A DNA stretch of 64,000 nt from positions 31,002,001 through 31,066,000 of the forward strand of contig CM052817.1 of assembly GCA_028534125.1 (NCBI GenBank), given 5' to 3'. The notes below the pieces were generated by a model that made no database searches, had not been told where the DNA came from, and saw only the letters and a list, made by a program, of their open reading frames with translations. The stretch is from Lama glama. Taxonomy: Eukaryota. Position 1 is the first letter of the stretch, and the number at the start of each line of letters is the position of its first letter. The position numbers and the translations under genes are program-made. This document shows, in pieces, positions 1 through 14,561 of this stretch.

Positions 1-394
1 TTAACTGGACACCATTTAAAAACCTATTATTATTCCTCCCAGAATGGCTTATCATTGACATGGCACACCACTAGTTACAGACTCTCATTTAGGAACTTGA
101 CCCACTTCATCCTCTCTGGCTCTTACTCCTATTACAAATTTCCACTTCCATGTATTACTCTACCTATCCCTGCTCAACCTTCTAGTAGACATTAAACATA
201 GTTAATAATTGGACAGGTCACAAGGCAAACTGTCCAAATTGCCCCTATAACATGTATAACATATAGAAAATCTTCTTCCTCCAAACAGCATTTCCATATA
301 TAGAGAAAAGAAAGTTCTCTAAATATATTCCAAGCAGTGGGCAGCCTAAACGTACACAGTTAACTATAAATGAGCTGCATGGTGGGAAGAAGGA

Positions 395-560
395 AATTAT
401 AGTGGACAGAAGACACCTTGGAATTAGGCTCTCATGACCTGGCCTTTATGCTGTCACTGCCACTGCGCAGTTGTGTGACTTTGGACATAGCACCAGATGA
501 CCTCCGAGTTCCCTTCCAGAACGGAATTTCAAAGGGCATTTTAGAGATGTCCATTTGTAT
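395..560 (+). mobile_element. Degenerate MIR SINE
   Basis: MIR-core-like ctgccact...tgtgtgactttggaca; boundaries approximate. Confidence 0.5.
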
Positions 561-1309
561 AGGAGGTTACCAGAAAGATACAGGAGTCCTGTGGTCTCTG
601 TTAACATGGCCCCACAAATTTAGTAATATTCATTGTTGCATGACTTTGGGAGTAAGCCAACCGGTGTAAAGTGAACTGAATTCAAAACTTCTTTATATCC
701 CTTTAAAAATATACATATAGAATGCACAATTAGATTTTCAGACAAGTAGCAAAGATTTATTTTATGATTATAGTAATGGTCTACATTGCAATATTTCCCT
801 TTAAGAGCACTGGAGAGTCTCAGATAACATAAATCAGCATGGGCTCTAGTTTTATCTCTGGAAGATGTGGATGGCTTAGACCACCCTCTCTGACTCAGTC
901 AGGAACGGCCATGAAATGCTCCCCCTGAGTAGAAAAGCCAACTTTTAGCAGCCTCCCAGCAGAAATGCTGTTGCAGTGCCCTTCAATGTTCCTTCCCATC
1001 CTAGACGCCATCACTGTCCTGTGTCTGGGAAGGGCAAGAGCAGACAGAGTTGAGCTCTCAGGCAAGAAGCAGCCTCCCATCTAGCTGGGAAAGATTCCAG
1101 GCCTTTAGAACCTCTGTTATCCACTCTCCTTGCCCCACTTCTCCCACCTCCCCCCATCCCTACTCAACTAGTTAAATCTGCCAAATGTTTTAGGCACAGC
1201 CATGATAAAACTGGAAGTTTACTTATTAAATGGCTGCCCAATGCCTGGGGGTAAAAAGAGAGGTGGAGAATGGTTTTTTGGTAGATATCCAACGATGACT
1301 GTCACACTT

Positions 1310-1500
1310 TGGTTTCAGGCATTGGAAAACACTTTCCTACACGATTTCATGATTTGACCTTCACCACAATGCTGTGAAGTTATGATGACAATACCACTAT
1401 CTGGAAATAGAGGCTCCAATAAGTTAAATGATTTACCCAAGATCTGATAACTGGTTATTATGGTGTTAGTATTCGGTCCCACTTTTCCTTGGCTCCAAAG
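1310..1500 (-). mobile_element. MIR SINE
   Basis: gaggctccaataagttaaatgatttacccaagatc resembles the reverse MIR core. Confidence 0.6.
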
Positions 1501-4500
1501 GCAAAGCTTTTTCCTTCCATGACACTTCCTGGATTTAATCTTTTTACCTTGATGATTCAGGTTTTGAGTAGTCCAAAGATGCATGTAGAGTAGCAGGCAA
1601 GAGAGTAATTTCCTCTCTAGACAGCTAGATACTACGGCCAGTGAACATTCTTAGTCTTGGCTTTTTTTTTTTTTTTTAACTTTTCTGCCATCCTTCACTC
1701 ATCCCCCACACAAAAGTCTTTCATTATTCTCTTGAGGGAAGTGTAGAAGGAATAGCCTTTGCAACAACTAAATAAACTGAAGCATGCCCCAGTTCTTTTT
1801 AGAAAACATTATTGTTAGGGGCTTATGTGGCCCAGTTTACCTGAGATAGTGCCAGGGTGTAATTATCACTAGAGCCACCTTTCACTCTCAAAATTGTTCA
1901 TTTAAATAATAAACTATATAGTCATACTTATTATGGGACCTCATAATTCCCAAACCAAGAGGCTATGGGAAATATTAATAAGTTAATATTAACACTTTGG
2001 AGAACATGTCTTGGCTCACTGTGAATCATTTATTCATGATTGACCTCAGTCTTCTCCATCATTCATACTCACTTTATTTCTCATTATTCCTTTTACTCAG
2101 CTTCAAGCAAGCTCACCTTCAAGCTTTCCCTACCCTCCCACATCCACAACCACCTGTCAGCCCCAAGTTCTCATTGCTATGCTTGAAGTTTTACATTTTA
2201 TCCCACTGCCCAGATCTTCCTCCTCCTAGACCCTCCCACATGCTGGAGTATGAATCAGGCCAACATTGTCCAAAAAGCCATTGCGAGCAACCTGCTGTCA
2301 TTCTGTTCACTCACCTTCTCCCCAACACCCTTAACTAACTCTCGTGGCCATTTTGTCCAATAATATTATTTCATTTGTGTTGTTTGCTAGTAATTTTGCA
2401 AATAGATGTTCTGCCTTCCTAAATAAAGTGTTAGGTCCTTAAAGGTAAATGCCCCATTTTCTGATTCTTTTGTATTGCCCCAAACATCTATTATACTGTC
2501 CATGGTAGAGAGTCTGCTCATGCTGATTAAATAGCTGATGCTGGTAAACGTAGCCATGGAGAAACACATTTCCATAACGGACGTAACTTCAGGTTCATAG
2601 ACATTACCTGGTGAGGCAGGTGTCCCCCACACCCTCCCCCAAGTTATTTTAGTCCCAGAGAGCCTATATGGATAAAATATGCAAAGTCACAGTTGAACCC
2701 AGGTTAGGGTCTGTGCCAACTGGTCATTGAGATTTTTTTCCATTGCTTATAACTAAACAAACTGAATCCTAAAACCATCATTCTAGATTCTGCCAGTCTA
2801 GCAGAGTTGGACTTTCCATGTTAATTACTACTGCTTATGGAAAAAGGAAACTTCTTATTTAAAGTTTCATTTTTTCCCTCATTTACCCAAGTTTGCCTTA
2901 TTAAAAGCTTTTGAATTTAGGTTCTACGGGGTGTTAACTCTTGAAGCTGGGACTACACTTCATAACTGGAACACTCCAAAGTGAATTCTAAGAGAATCCT
3001 CCCAGAGAGTATTGCACACCAAATTTCACGTATCCCAAGAATTAAATAGAATATTTAGAACTATCTAAGGAGGATGGACAGTTCTTGACATCGGCCACTG
3101 TCCCTCGAGACCACATGAGACAGACGTACAGAGAAACACCTTTCCTGCCCCCTCCTTTCAATTGTCAATTTCCTGTTCTCCTGTTATGTATATTATTTCC
3201 ATATTTGCATAAGAGATATCATTTGCAAGCCTTACCTCAGAGTGGCAACCAGCCGCCCCAGTTTTACTAGATGACATATTTTTCTACTTGATATTTCCCC
3301 AAGTACACTGAATCACAGTGTATCTGCTTTTCCTTTTTTTTTAATTTCATGAGAATCCGTTTCCTACATCTTTTTGAAATACTCACTGGATAAAGCTTGA
3401 AATATTTTCTATTTTGCAACGATGCCCCTGAGACATTTGAGGGGGCAGCCTCTTGATTATTCTAACACACTGCAGTGTTGTGGAAAACAGAATTACATAT
3501 GCAAGTGATATTTCATATACAGAACATCCACTACTCTTCTAAGTATGGAATCCTCATGATTAGATATGCATCTATTCATCCACTGTGTTGCTCAGCTCCT
3601 TACTTAGAGAGGGCCAGTAACCCTCTTGGTAAAAACTACCATGTGGTATCATTACAAAGACAAGATTGCATGAGGCTTTTGGAAATTCCAAATGATATAA
3701 ATGTTTACAAGGACCAACTTTTTTTTTTGACATCTTTAAATAAGCTTTTTATTTTTGACCACCAGGCAGCAGTTTGTGACATTGTGATGGGAACCTAATG
3801 GTTAATGTGAAATAATGTTGTCGTGTCACTTAAAGGGTTAATGGAGATGTAAACTGGAAACCTTAATATTGTATAAAAAATATAAATAAAACTGTTTTTG
3901 AGAGAAACTCATCTGGGTTAGGGTGGCTTGCTTGAAAAATTCTCTTGGCTCTCCATCATCTCTGAATAATTTATTTCACTCCTCTGACTTTATTCAAGGA
4001 GACTCAACCTGAGGCAAAGATCTTTATACAGTGATTCAGGAGTTTCAGGAAAGTAGGACTCATTAGGCTAAAGAAAGGGGAAATTACTAGCCTGCCAGCA
4101 ATGGAACACCTCTTTGGCTACCACCTTACCTAAAATTTGAATCTAAAAAGTAGCTAAACTTTCCAAACCAGTCTCCTGCTATCCGAATTCACGGCACCCT
4201 GTACTATATACCTGGATCTTTCAAAGGCAGGTGCTTCCATTGCCTCTTAAAATCCGTCATGCTAAACTCACCAAATATGTTAGAAGATATTTAATGTTTT
4301 GTTCCTTGTATTTTTTTTTAATCTCCACTAATCAATTTGCTGAACTGTCTATTTACTCTCCTACTAAACATGAATTAGCTAATTCATATCCCAAGTGGTA
4401 TTATTACATAGATCTTGTACATAAAATAATCCCTTTCTCCTTCTTTATTTTTCAGCAAGGAGAACTCTTTAATTGCCAAGATACATAAATTACAATATTT

Positions 4501-6329
4501 TAGTTTTCTTGCTCCTTTGACATAAGCATTTGCTTTCTTGCATAAGCAGATAATGCTTTTGTATACCTACCAGACCACTAAACAGCTCAAAGGTGAGAAT
4601 GAGTATTTTTGGAAACTTACAGAAATTTTAATGAGACGGGTTTAACAAATGCAAAGAAAGAAAAGGTAGACTCCTTACTTTTATAATTCCAGTTTCTATT
4701 TTGTATCAATATATGCTGCATTTTCTGATTGAAACTGCTGTTCTAATGAAACTTGTGATTCTCTGTAGTTGATTTTTACATTTGAAATCAAACTTTCATA
4801 AAGTGTGCTTGATTTGTACCCTTTCTGTTAGGAACTTGATTAAATAGTCTAACCATTTCATTAATTCCTTTTTACATGCTTGAAGTATTTTGGCGTTTTG
4901 CCTTTGCTATCTCAAAAATGATCTGTGGACAAAATCCATGAAGCCTGTAGACTGAATTATACATGTGAAAGAAGAAATAGATTTCTCTCTAAGCAGCTGA
5001 ATTAGTGAATAAGAAGCTGTTCAGTGTCCTCTGATTCCTGACCCTTTCCCCTTTCATGGCCTTTTTTCTATTCATCATTCACTGAGTAAATTGTGTATTC
5101 CTGTAAAATGCAAAATCAACTTACATGCATTCAGGTATGGACACAAGAAATGCTTGTGCTCTCGACTTCAGGACTCACAGATACCCTAGCAGTCACAGGA
5201 CTGTAGTTTACTCAGTACTTTGTTAATAGGGTGGCTTTGCTATAAAATAAGTTGCTGTTTTCTTTGCTTTGGGACTACAAGATTTTAAAAGTTGCAGCAA
5301 ATGAAAGAAAGAAAACACATTTGAAGGCTGGTGTCAAAAACCACCAGCTGTACTTATAAAACACGTTGTGCAGCTTCTGAAATGTAGTTTATCGCTGTAA
5401 ATATGTACAATTGATGTTAGCCTGTTTACTCCTAAAACGCGAATTAAACTTTTTTTTTATTAAAAATGCCTACATATAAAAAGCTCACTTTGTACTATGT
5501 TTTAAAACATGCAAGATTTCAGGCAAATCTTTTTATAATCCTTTAAAAAATGTTTAGAATTCTGAACCTATCATTTGAGAGCTTTTATTATAAAATTTAA
5601 TACAAAACAAACTCCCTTTATTTGGAAGAAATTCTTTGCAGTATTATCCAACAATTGGGGGAAAAAAACCAGCACTTTTCCAGGAGCTTATTTCTGTACC
5701 ACTTTGATTTTTTTTTTAATATTCTTTAAGATAACATGCCTTACAAATATTTGAACATACGGAGTGTTTATATATTAGGGGATAAAAAAAAGAAGAAACG
5801 AAGTCTCCTTGTATTCAAAGATGATGCCTAAAATGGACTTTAATAGCATCCATTTGTGAGGTGCATTATGTCATATTTCTTTTAAAATCGCCACTGTAAA
5901 TATGAACATTAGCGTTGGCCTATTTGTCAGTCTTTCCTAATTTGAAGACTTCCAACTTTCAAACTCACTCTCTCCCTGCAGAAATAATATGTTGACAATA
6001 AAATAATGAACAGACGAAAGGTGTGAAGCTCATTTATCCATTAATTGGTGATTAGTACAACAGTTTTCCACTAAGAGTCTAAATTCCAGCCCAGGGACAA
6101 CTTGAACATCCATCCTGCAAAATAACTGACAATCTGCACTTCACCATCAGAGCCTCAGCCTGCAGAGCTCTGGGGATTTTAGACATCCTACACTCGGCTA
6201 CTATTCCCAGAAGACACTATGTTATACAATGGGAGATATAAATGGTCATCCAATTTTATTTAAATTAGAAAGCAACAAATATATATGTAGCATGTTTAGG
6301 ATTTGCTATAAGGATTAGAGGTGGTAAGA

Positions 6330-9300
6330 AGCTAACATGGGGTAGGTATTTGTGTGTCTGTGTTGTCATGAGAATCAGCCAAGGATATGGAGAAACTGGA
6401 ACCCTTGTGTACTGTTGGTGGGAATGTAAGCTGATGTTACCACTACGGAAAACAATAAGGAGGTTTCTCAAACAATTATAAATAGAACCACCATGTGATC
6501 CAGCAAGCCCACTTCAAGGTATTTATCCAAAAGAATTGAAAACAAGCTCTTGAAGAGATATTTGCACTCATATGCTCACTGCAGCATTAGTCACAATGGT
6601 CAAGAGGTGAAAACAACTTAAAAGCCCATTGAGAGATTAATGGATAAAAAAAATGTGGTGTATACATATAATAGAATATTATACAGCCTTTAAAAAGGAA
6701 ATCCTGAGGATATTATAGAAAGTGAAACATGCTAGTTACAGAAGGACAAAGGCTGCATGATTCCATTTATATGAAGTTTCCAAAGTAGTCACATTCTTGA
6801 CACAGAATACAGAATGGCAATTGCCAGGGACTGGAGGAGGCCCTGGGAATAGGGAGTTGTTCATGGGGAGAGTTTCAATGATACAAGATGATGGAGTTCT
6901 AGAAATCTGCTGCACAATAAAGTACACAGAGTTAATACTGCACTGCAGACTTTAAGATTTGTTAAGAGAGTAGATTTCATGTTATTTTTTTGCCACAATA
7001 AAAAGAAAGAAAGAAATGCAAAGGGGTACAGCTACTGTGAAAAAGTTTGCCAAAGTTCTTACAACATTAAACAGTATGATCCAGCAATCCCATTCTGAGG
7101 TATTACTCAGTTAATTCGAAAACTTATGTCCACATAAAAACCTGCCTGTGCATGGTTGCAGCAGCTTTATTCATAATTGCCAAAAAATGAAAACTACAAA
7201 CTTCCTTCAATGGGTGAGTAAACTGTGGTACATCTATACAATGAACTATTACTCCAAGAGAAAATAGAAATGAGTTATCAAGATGAAAACACATGGAAGA
7301 AATGCACACTGCTAATTGAAAGAAGCCATTCTGAAAAGATGACACACTACAAGATCCCAATTATAGGACATTCTGGAAAAGGCAAAGTTCTAAAGACATT
7401 AAGAAGAATCATTAGTTGTCTGGGCAATAGAGAAATGTGGGAGGGATGAAAAAGTAAAGCTCAGGGGATTTTAGGGTGTTAAACTATTCTGTAAAGTCAA
7501 TACATGTGTTCACAACTTCAGGAGTTTCCCAAGTGTCATCTGAAACCAGCCCCTGGGCAAGCAGAGACTGAAGAAAGAGGGGAACCATCCCACATGGGTA
7601 GGTGGCAGTTTTAATAAATAAGCAAGGGAATTTACCAGCTTAGTCTTGGGTGGCTGCAAGACAAGTAGATCTCTGCACCAACCCACCCAAATCTTAAAAG
7701 TTTACACAGAAGTCTCAACTGGGATAAGACAGTCTTAACACCATAATCAACATTTCAAGGCAGTATCCCTGGAGCAGTTTCTGGAAGTGGGGCACACATT
7801 CCAAGGACAGGGGCGGGGGTGAGGAAGGAGTCTGTTGTCCGGGTCCAGCTTACAGGCCAACAGGTGGTCACATCCTCTCGATGACCTACCCCAACTATGC
7901 AACACGAAGCATCTGTCGAAACTCAGAACCGTTCAACACAAAAAGTAAACCTTAATGTATGCAAATTTAAATTTAGGAAGTTGGAGGATCCCAGCAAGGA
8001 AGACAGACTACGGGAAAAAAAAATCTAACTGTATTACAAATGTATAAAACAACCTCACTAAGGGAGTGGGGCTGGTGGGGAGGAGTGTAATTTGGAAGTA
8101 ATTTGGAAACGAGTGGAGTCTGTAAGACTAAAGGCAAAAGGAACTGCACATAAACCCTTCCTAGGAGATAAAGTTGTTTTCCCCACTGGGGTACAGATTA
8201 GCAATCTGGATACTGCTATAGACAACCTGGAAATGAACAATTAAGTAAATGGCTGGTGGCTACTGGGAGTCAGGTTTCTCACTGCTGAAATGTGTACAGA
8301 TAAGGGAGGGCAGCAGGCTAGAATGCTCCCTGTGGTGATGGATTACAGTTGGAGACGTTGGGATGACCTCATGTGCAGCTGAATATAGACAGATGATTAT
8401 ATAAAGAAATATTTATAGCTGTGTATATATACACAGGTTAGCTAACATGCATACATATCTCTTCATTCTGCCAGCCAAGAGGGCGCAAAAGAAACAACAT
8501 CGCAGGAGCAGTGAGCACAGCTAGCTTGGTTTCTAACACCATTCTTCAATAAACCGAACCAGGGCTTCTTGAAGAAATGGTTGATTCTAGGACAGTGCAG
8601 GAAATAGAGAAGATGAGCCTGGGGCATCTTGTATTGCCAGAAAGCTAAGGAGATAACATAAAATAAATAAAACCCCTCTCCACTGACAGGGGTATGTCAC
8701 AGGGACAAAGGAGCCAAGGGAAAGAGATTCAAATGGCCAAAGCTGGAGCAATTTGAGTAATAAAATAAGTAGTACGGGACTGTAACCAAAAGTGTAAAGT
8801 AAATATCCATGAGCCCATACTACATAAGTAAATGATTAAATTAACAAATAGGAGAAAAGAGGCAAAACTGAGTAGAAGAATTCCAAAAGTTTTAGGTAAC
8901 TATTTTGACTCCAAGGAGCAGGGGGGCCCAATTCCTTAAGTTTGGGTTACACATAGTGACTTCCTTCCAAAGAGGATCATAAGGCAGGAAAAAAAAACAA
9001 GTAACTTTATAATGGAAAGACCTGACCAACACTACCTCAGCCAGGTGATCGAGGTCAATGTCAAGTCATAAATCTCATTAATAGTATGTAGCCTTGATAG
9101 GATGTGATGTAAGTGGCACTTTACCCCTGTGACTTCCTCCCCCAACCTGTAACCCCAGTGTACACATGAGAAAAACATTAAATTCCAGTAGAGAGGTATC
9201 CTGCAAAATATCTCACCCACATTCCTCAAACTGTCAAGGTCATCAAAAACAAGGGAAGTATGGGAAAATATCACAGCAAGAAAAGCCTCAGGAGACATGA

Positions 9301-10485
9301 CAGCTAAGTATAACACGGAATCCTAGAACAGAAAAAGACGTTAAGTAAAAATTTAGAAATCTGAATAAATTTAGTTAATAATAATATATGGATATTAGTT
9401 CATTAATTGTAACAAATGTACCACACTAGTATGTTAGTAACAGTGGTAACTGGACATGGGGTAGATGAGATCTCTGTGCACTATCTGCTTGATTTTTCTG
9501 TGTATCTAAAACTGCCCTAAAAAAGAAAAAGAAAAAAGACAAGCCATACACTGGGAGAAAATAAATACTTTCAAAGCATATATGTGATAAAACTTGTATC
9601 TAGGCTATCCAAAAAACTCTCGAAACTCAAAAATAAAATAACCCAATTTAAAAATCGGCAACAGATCTAAACAGCGCTTCACCAAAGCAGATATACAGAT
9701 GGCGAATGAGCACATAAAAAGATGCTCAACGTCATTCCGTCATCAAGGAAATGAATATTATTAAAACCACAATGAGATGCCACTACACACCAATTAGAAT
9801 AGCTGAAATTAAAAAGATTGACCATACCAAGCGTTGGCAAGGAGTCATGGAGCTGGAACTCTTAGACTGTGGTATGGAATGTAAAATGATAAAATCACTT
9901 TGGAAAACAGTTTGGCAGTTACTTAAAAAGGCACACATACACCTGACATACAATCAAGCCATTTCACTCCTAAGAGTCTCTTTTCAAAAAAAAGTGTAAA
10001 TCCATACAAAGACATAGATAAGAATGTTCAAAGCATTTTGTGTACTGTAACAACCAAAACTTTTAAACAACCAAAACATCCATTAACAGGTGAACAGATA
10101 AACAAATGATGGTAGAATTCTACAACAGATTACTTCTCAATAATAAAAAGGAATGAACTGATACATGCACGCAGCAACGTGGATGATCTCAAATACCACT
10201 GAGAGAAGCCAGATCACAGAAGGACATATTGTATGATTCCATTTATATGAAACTCCCCCAAATGTGAACTAATCTGCAGTGGCAGGAAGCAGATCAGTGG
10301 CTGTCTTGGGGGGAAAGGGCACAGAAACAGAGATTACAGAAGAAAAGGACACTTTCAGGAGTGCCTGGGGGTTCACCATCTTGGTTGAGGTGATGTTTTC
10401 AAGGGTGTGTATATGTCAAAACTTATCAGACTGCCCACTTTAAATATGTGCAATTTACAGTATATCAGTCAGATTTCAATAAAGC
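6330..10485 (+). mobile_element. Stack of old L1 ORF2-end/3' UTR fragments (L1MA/MB/MC/MD-like)
   Basis: Repeated L1 3' landmarks, degraded ORF2 C-terminal peptide at 9751-9999 (IKTTMRCHYTPIRIA), several AATAAA/A-tails (about 6997, 9520, 10478). Confidence 0.85.
7505..7895 (-). mobile_element. Solo LTR (ERVL-type, MER73/MER74-like) interrupting an L1 3' UTR
   Basis: Abrupt GC-richer 390-bp block with L1 on both sides and ATTAAA on - near 7610. Family from recall. Confidence 0.55.
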
Positions 10486-11019
10486 ATTTACATATGCTAA
10501 TGCAGTGACAATACAGTGAGAGAAGGACCAAGCGGAGTAAGATTTATCCCTTCTCAAAGGAAGGTCTGCATGTAGGGTTGAAATTCAGAAGGACCCTAGA
10601 TCGGTATTACTGAACGCACTTGTCTACAAACTGTTCAGGAACTTGCATAAGAAGGAAAATCAACTACCACCCTAAGCACACTGGTTAGTTCAGCTGATTT
10701 TTTTTCTCAGAGCCAAAATTTCTCAATGAAGAAAACAGCGTATTGATGAATATTCCAGCACAGGCTCATCTCATCACCAAGCTGTAACAGTTCATAGAGC
10801 GGCACTGTCTACAGACACAGTTTGAGCAGTACCATCTAGACCACACACACATTTACTGATCTCGCTACGCCTATCTTCATCTGCATGATGAGAATACTAG
10901 TCACTGTCCTGGACACCTCGAATAATGGTCTGATGCTCTGAGTGATAAAGCTTGCGAACAGTAGGTACCAATGATATATTATTGCATTATGGAGAAAATC
11001 ATCTGAAACAAAGTAATAT

Positions 11020-11938
11020 ATAAAAATAAAACAGCATTTTTATTTGCTCGGAATGCTTGTTTTTAAAGTGAACTGAAACTAAAAAAGGTTTGTTTTCCAA
11101 TGAAGTTGTTAACATTCAAAACTGTTCAATATTAAGAGCTCATAACAAAAATGAACCTACAGATAGTCATAGCTGATATTTGAACAGTTAATGCCTATTA
11201 TTAATGGTTAATGCCTAAGGCCTAATGACATGTATTCTTTTTATCAGATCACACTCTCTGGACCAGACACAAAAATACAGAAGGAACAGTGTTATTTTCA
11301 CTTTTCTCCATGTTCTAGTAAAAGATTTTAGTTACTAGAATTCTTAAACTCAAAACTGTTCACACATTTATTTTTTTCTTGTTCATGTCTGAAGAGCTTC
11401 TCTGAGAAATTTTACATTTTATAATCTTTCATCTGAAATATGAGAAAGACATGGAATCTCCTGAGTTATATATGTAGGTTATACATTCTTGAAAAGTTAC
11501 TTTTTAAAAATATCACAAATTAATCATATATATCCATAATAAACATCCTTGCTATTCACATACTTCTCTAAGCAACATTCAAATATATTTTGTGCTTGTA
11601 TGCTTACAATACTTTAGAGCCTATTTTTAGCTTTCAATAAAATTGTATATCTATAAAGATTTCTCAAATATTTAATAAATGAAGCAAAACAGTCATTATG
11701 AAAATATAAACTGCTACAATAGCCTTTTCATCTCTCACGTTCTTATGCATTTCTTGTCAACCATATAATTTCCTGTTCTTTAGGGAAGCTGATGAATTGT
11801 TGTCTTTGTAAACTCAACACTGCTGCTTTCTCAGCGTGCCATCATAATACAGAGCAGGTTTTCTGAACACGTAGTCTTCACTGTGCCATATCGATCATAA
11901 CAGCAGAATCTGATAATGTTGGTATCCATCATTTCCAG
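11020..11938 (-). other. COMMD8: COMMD8 3' UTR (end approximate)
   Basis: AT-rich sequence with no obvious repeats after the stop. Minus-strand AATAAA at 11367-11372 and 11039-11044; the second is followed by U-rich sequence. Confidence 0.7.
11039..11044 (-). terminator. COMMD8: Likely main polyadenylation signal of COMMD8
   Basis: tttatt on + (AATAAA on -) about 900 nt after the stop, with a U-rich downstream tract. Confidence 0.55.
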
Positions 11939-11959
11939 TTATTTCAACTGCAAGACCAC
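11939..11959 (-). CDS. COMMD8: COMMD8 exon 5 coding part (VVLQLK*)
   Basis: Acceptor gtgttttaag|GTG GTC TTG CAG TTG AAA TAA. The five exons sum to 552 nt = 183 aa + stop. Confidence 0.96.
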   Translation of the reverse strand: MVLQLK

Positions 11960-13007
11960 CTTAAAACACAAGGAGCGGAAGGGAGGGAATCAGGTTATAC
12001 CAGAATGATGCCAGTATCTGAATTCTCTGACGGAGGGTCTGGAGAACTGACAACAAGTACAACGCAGAGTAACTGAAGGCACAGGCCCGCCAGAACCCAC
12101 GGTGAGAGCTCATCTGACATTTACGCCAGGCTCTGCCGCACAGCCCTTCAGACATGGAGCCCCATCCGGAGGCTAGCCAGGCTACCAGTCTGTTATTGGG
12201 CATGTGGACCAGTCATCGAGGGGCCACGATGGCAGAGGAACTGCAGAGTATGGAGGGAAGCTGAGGTATACCAGGGTTTCAAGATGATCCAGCCAGGAAG
12301 CTGGGTTAGTGGCAAAAGAGGATGTAAGAATAACTGACTTTAATCCTCGAGACTCGATCACGAGAGACAGAACTCTCAGCAACAGTGAAAGGAACATACA
12401 TAACGTAGACAATTATTTTTATGTCTTCCGCACAGAAGCACTTCCTACTGCTTATTATTTTTCTCATTAGTTAAACACTCAGAACGGTCACTGTCATTTA
12501 GCCATTCCTTTAGTCCTTCAATAGTTCTTCTCTGTCTCAATCTGATTTTGTCATAATAACTACAAGCCATATTTTGTCTCCCATACTTAAAGCAATTTTC
12601 TGCTATTTGCCCAGTTAAAACAAGACAATCTTCTCTACAAAATCATAACTGTTTTTAACCATTAAATCCCTTCAGAATCAACTAATTCCACAGCCCCAAG
12701 TTAAAAATTCTATGTTTTTTAGCATTAATGAGCACTGATGCAAAACAAATCTGGCTCTTATTCTTGCAAAAATAATTACTTGGTAAATTATGTTCTATTA
12801 ATGTAAATTAAAATTACAATTTCTAATTAACTTAATATCTAAAACTAGAGATGCAGAACATATCAACAAAGTATTTTCTGTGCTTGACATAAAATACCAG
12901 GAACAAAAAAAACATTAAACACGAATGATTAGTTTTCTTATATTGCTCTAATGGTATCAGTTAAAACTTAAACATTTTAAACCCTACAACAAAATTAAAG
13001 CAAATAC

Positions 13008-13163
13008 CTTATTAGCTGCTTCCAAGGAATTTATTAGATTCTGCAGCTCTTCTTTACTCATTTCAACAGAATATGGTTTGACGTCACCATTTTCTTTTAC
13101 ATCTAGATGGAGGTTTAAAAGTGGCATTTGTAATGTAGCAATCTTGTCACTAGAAAGTGCAAG
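13008..13163 (-). CDS. COMMD8: COMMD8 exon 4 ([52 protein letters not shown]), COMM domain
   Basis: Acceptor cctcattttaaacag|, donor AAG|gtattt, 156 nt. Confidence 0.97.
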
Positions 13164-14561
13164 CTGTTTAAAATGAGGAAAACAGTAATTAACAAGTAGT
13201 TTTCAAAAGGACTATATCAAATATGCATCAGAGCTTATGAACAACACATTAAAAAAAAAGAGCACTCCTGTTTGCTGTCAAGTACACGGAAATGCAGGAG
13301 AAATAAAAGAAATTAAACCCATGCCAAATCAGCATATATCTGAAGAACAGAAAGAGAAAAGAGAATGAATAAAAGAAGGGAAGTAGGTTAAGGAAAAAAG
13401 ACAACTGGTCAGGACTTTGTGGTAGGAGCAGGAATCTCGAGCAGAGTTATGACTGTGAAGTACTAAATGGGCCCAATACATCAAGAAGCAGAGAATTCTT
13501 AAAGTGTAAAGATACCAAGAGGATGAAACTCTGTGTACAAAGATAAGACTAAAAACACTGCTTAGTCTCAGAAATTAAGATGCTAAAACCATGGGCAGCT
13601 AACTATCTACTTAACTACTGAGAAATGCTATCAAGATTCCATCTTCAATTAGAGCCACTCAACAAAAACGTTCGATGTTTTTACCTCTTCTACTTTCTGT
13701 CCAAAGAAAGTATCCTAGAGGAAATAGAAGAACCAAATGTTTATGATACTAGAGTTTTTTGAAACAAGCATCATAGCTTCACTGGCAGATGGCAAAGAGA
13801 AACTCAATTTTCCTGGAATCTGAGCCAGTACTTCCCACTATAACTGAATTTTGGAGTGCTATCAGCTGCAAAAATTTACTTGGGCAATGGTAAGGGACTC
13901 CTTCCCTAACAACCAACCTCAAAGGATCTCCCTTACAGTTCATACACTATGGGATCAAACACACCCTCATATCTCTCCTTCATCCTCTCTCCAAAATACA
14001 GCACTTACGACATCTGAGATTTGAAAGTATCACCTTCAGGTTGTCTACCTCATGAATAATTCTCAATATTTCCAATAAGTGGTTTCTACAGCCTACTCAG
14101 CCTACACCAGCAATGAGGAGGAGTGTGCTACCCCCAAAACAGGTTAAAATAATTTTCAGATATTCATAGCAGTTATTAAGTAAGTGTTCCCTAGGCTGAG
14201 TTCAAACCCATCTAATTGCAAATTATATACCTGAGCCTTTGTCCTACCCACCAAAGCCACAGAACACAGATCTATTCCTTCATCCACATGTCTCTCAGTC
14301 CTCCTTCAATGACATAAAACTTCAGTTAATTAAATTGATTATCACTGTAATGTTTTTATACATGGTTGGGATGTCTACAGTGTACTTACTGATGCCCAAG
14401 TTAACGCAAAAGACAAAGTTTTAATCATCTTTGACACTTAAGGAAAATGTATTCTCAAAAATAACAGAAATTTTAGATATGTAATATTATAAAAAATAAA
14501 TCTTTCTATTCAAAAAATGAAATTAAATAACATAAATACTCATAAATAAGCATATTCTCAC

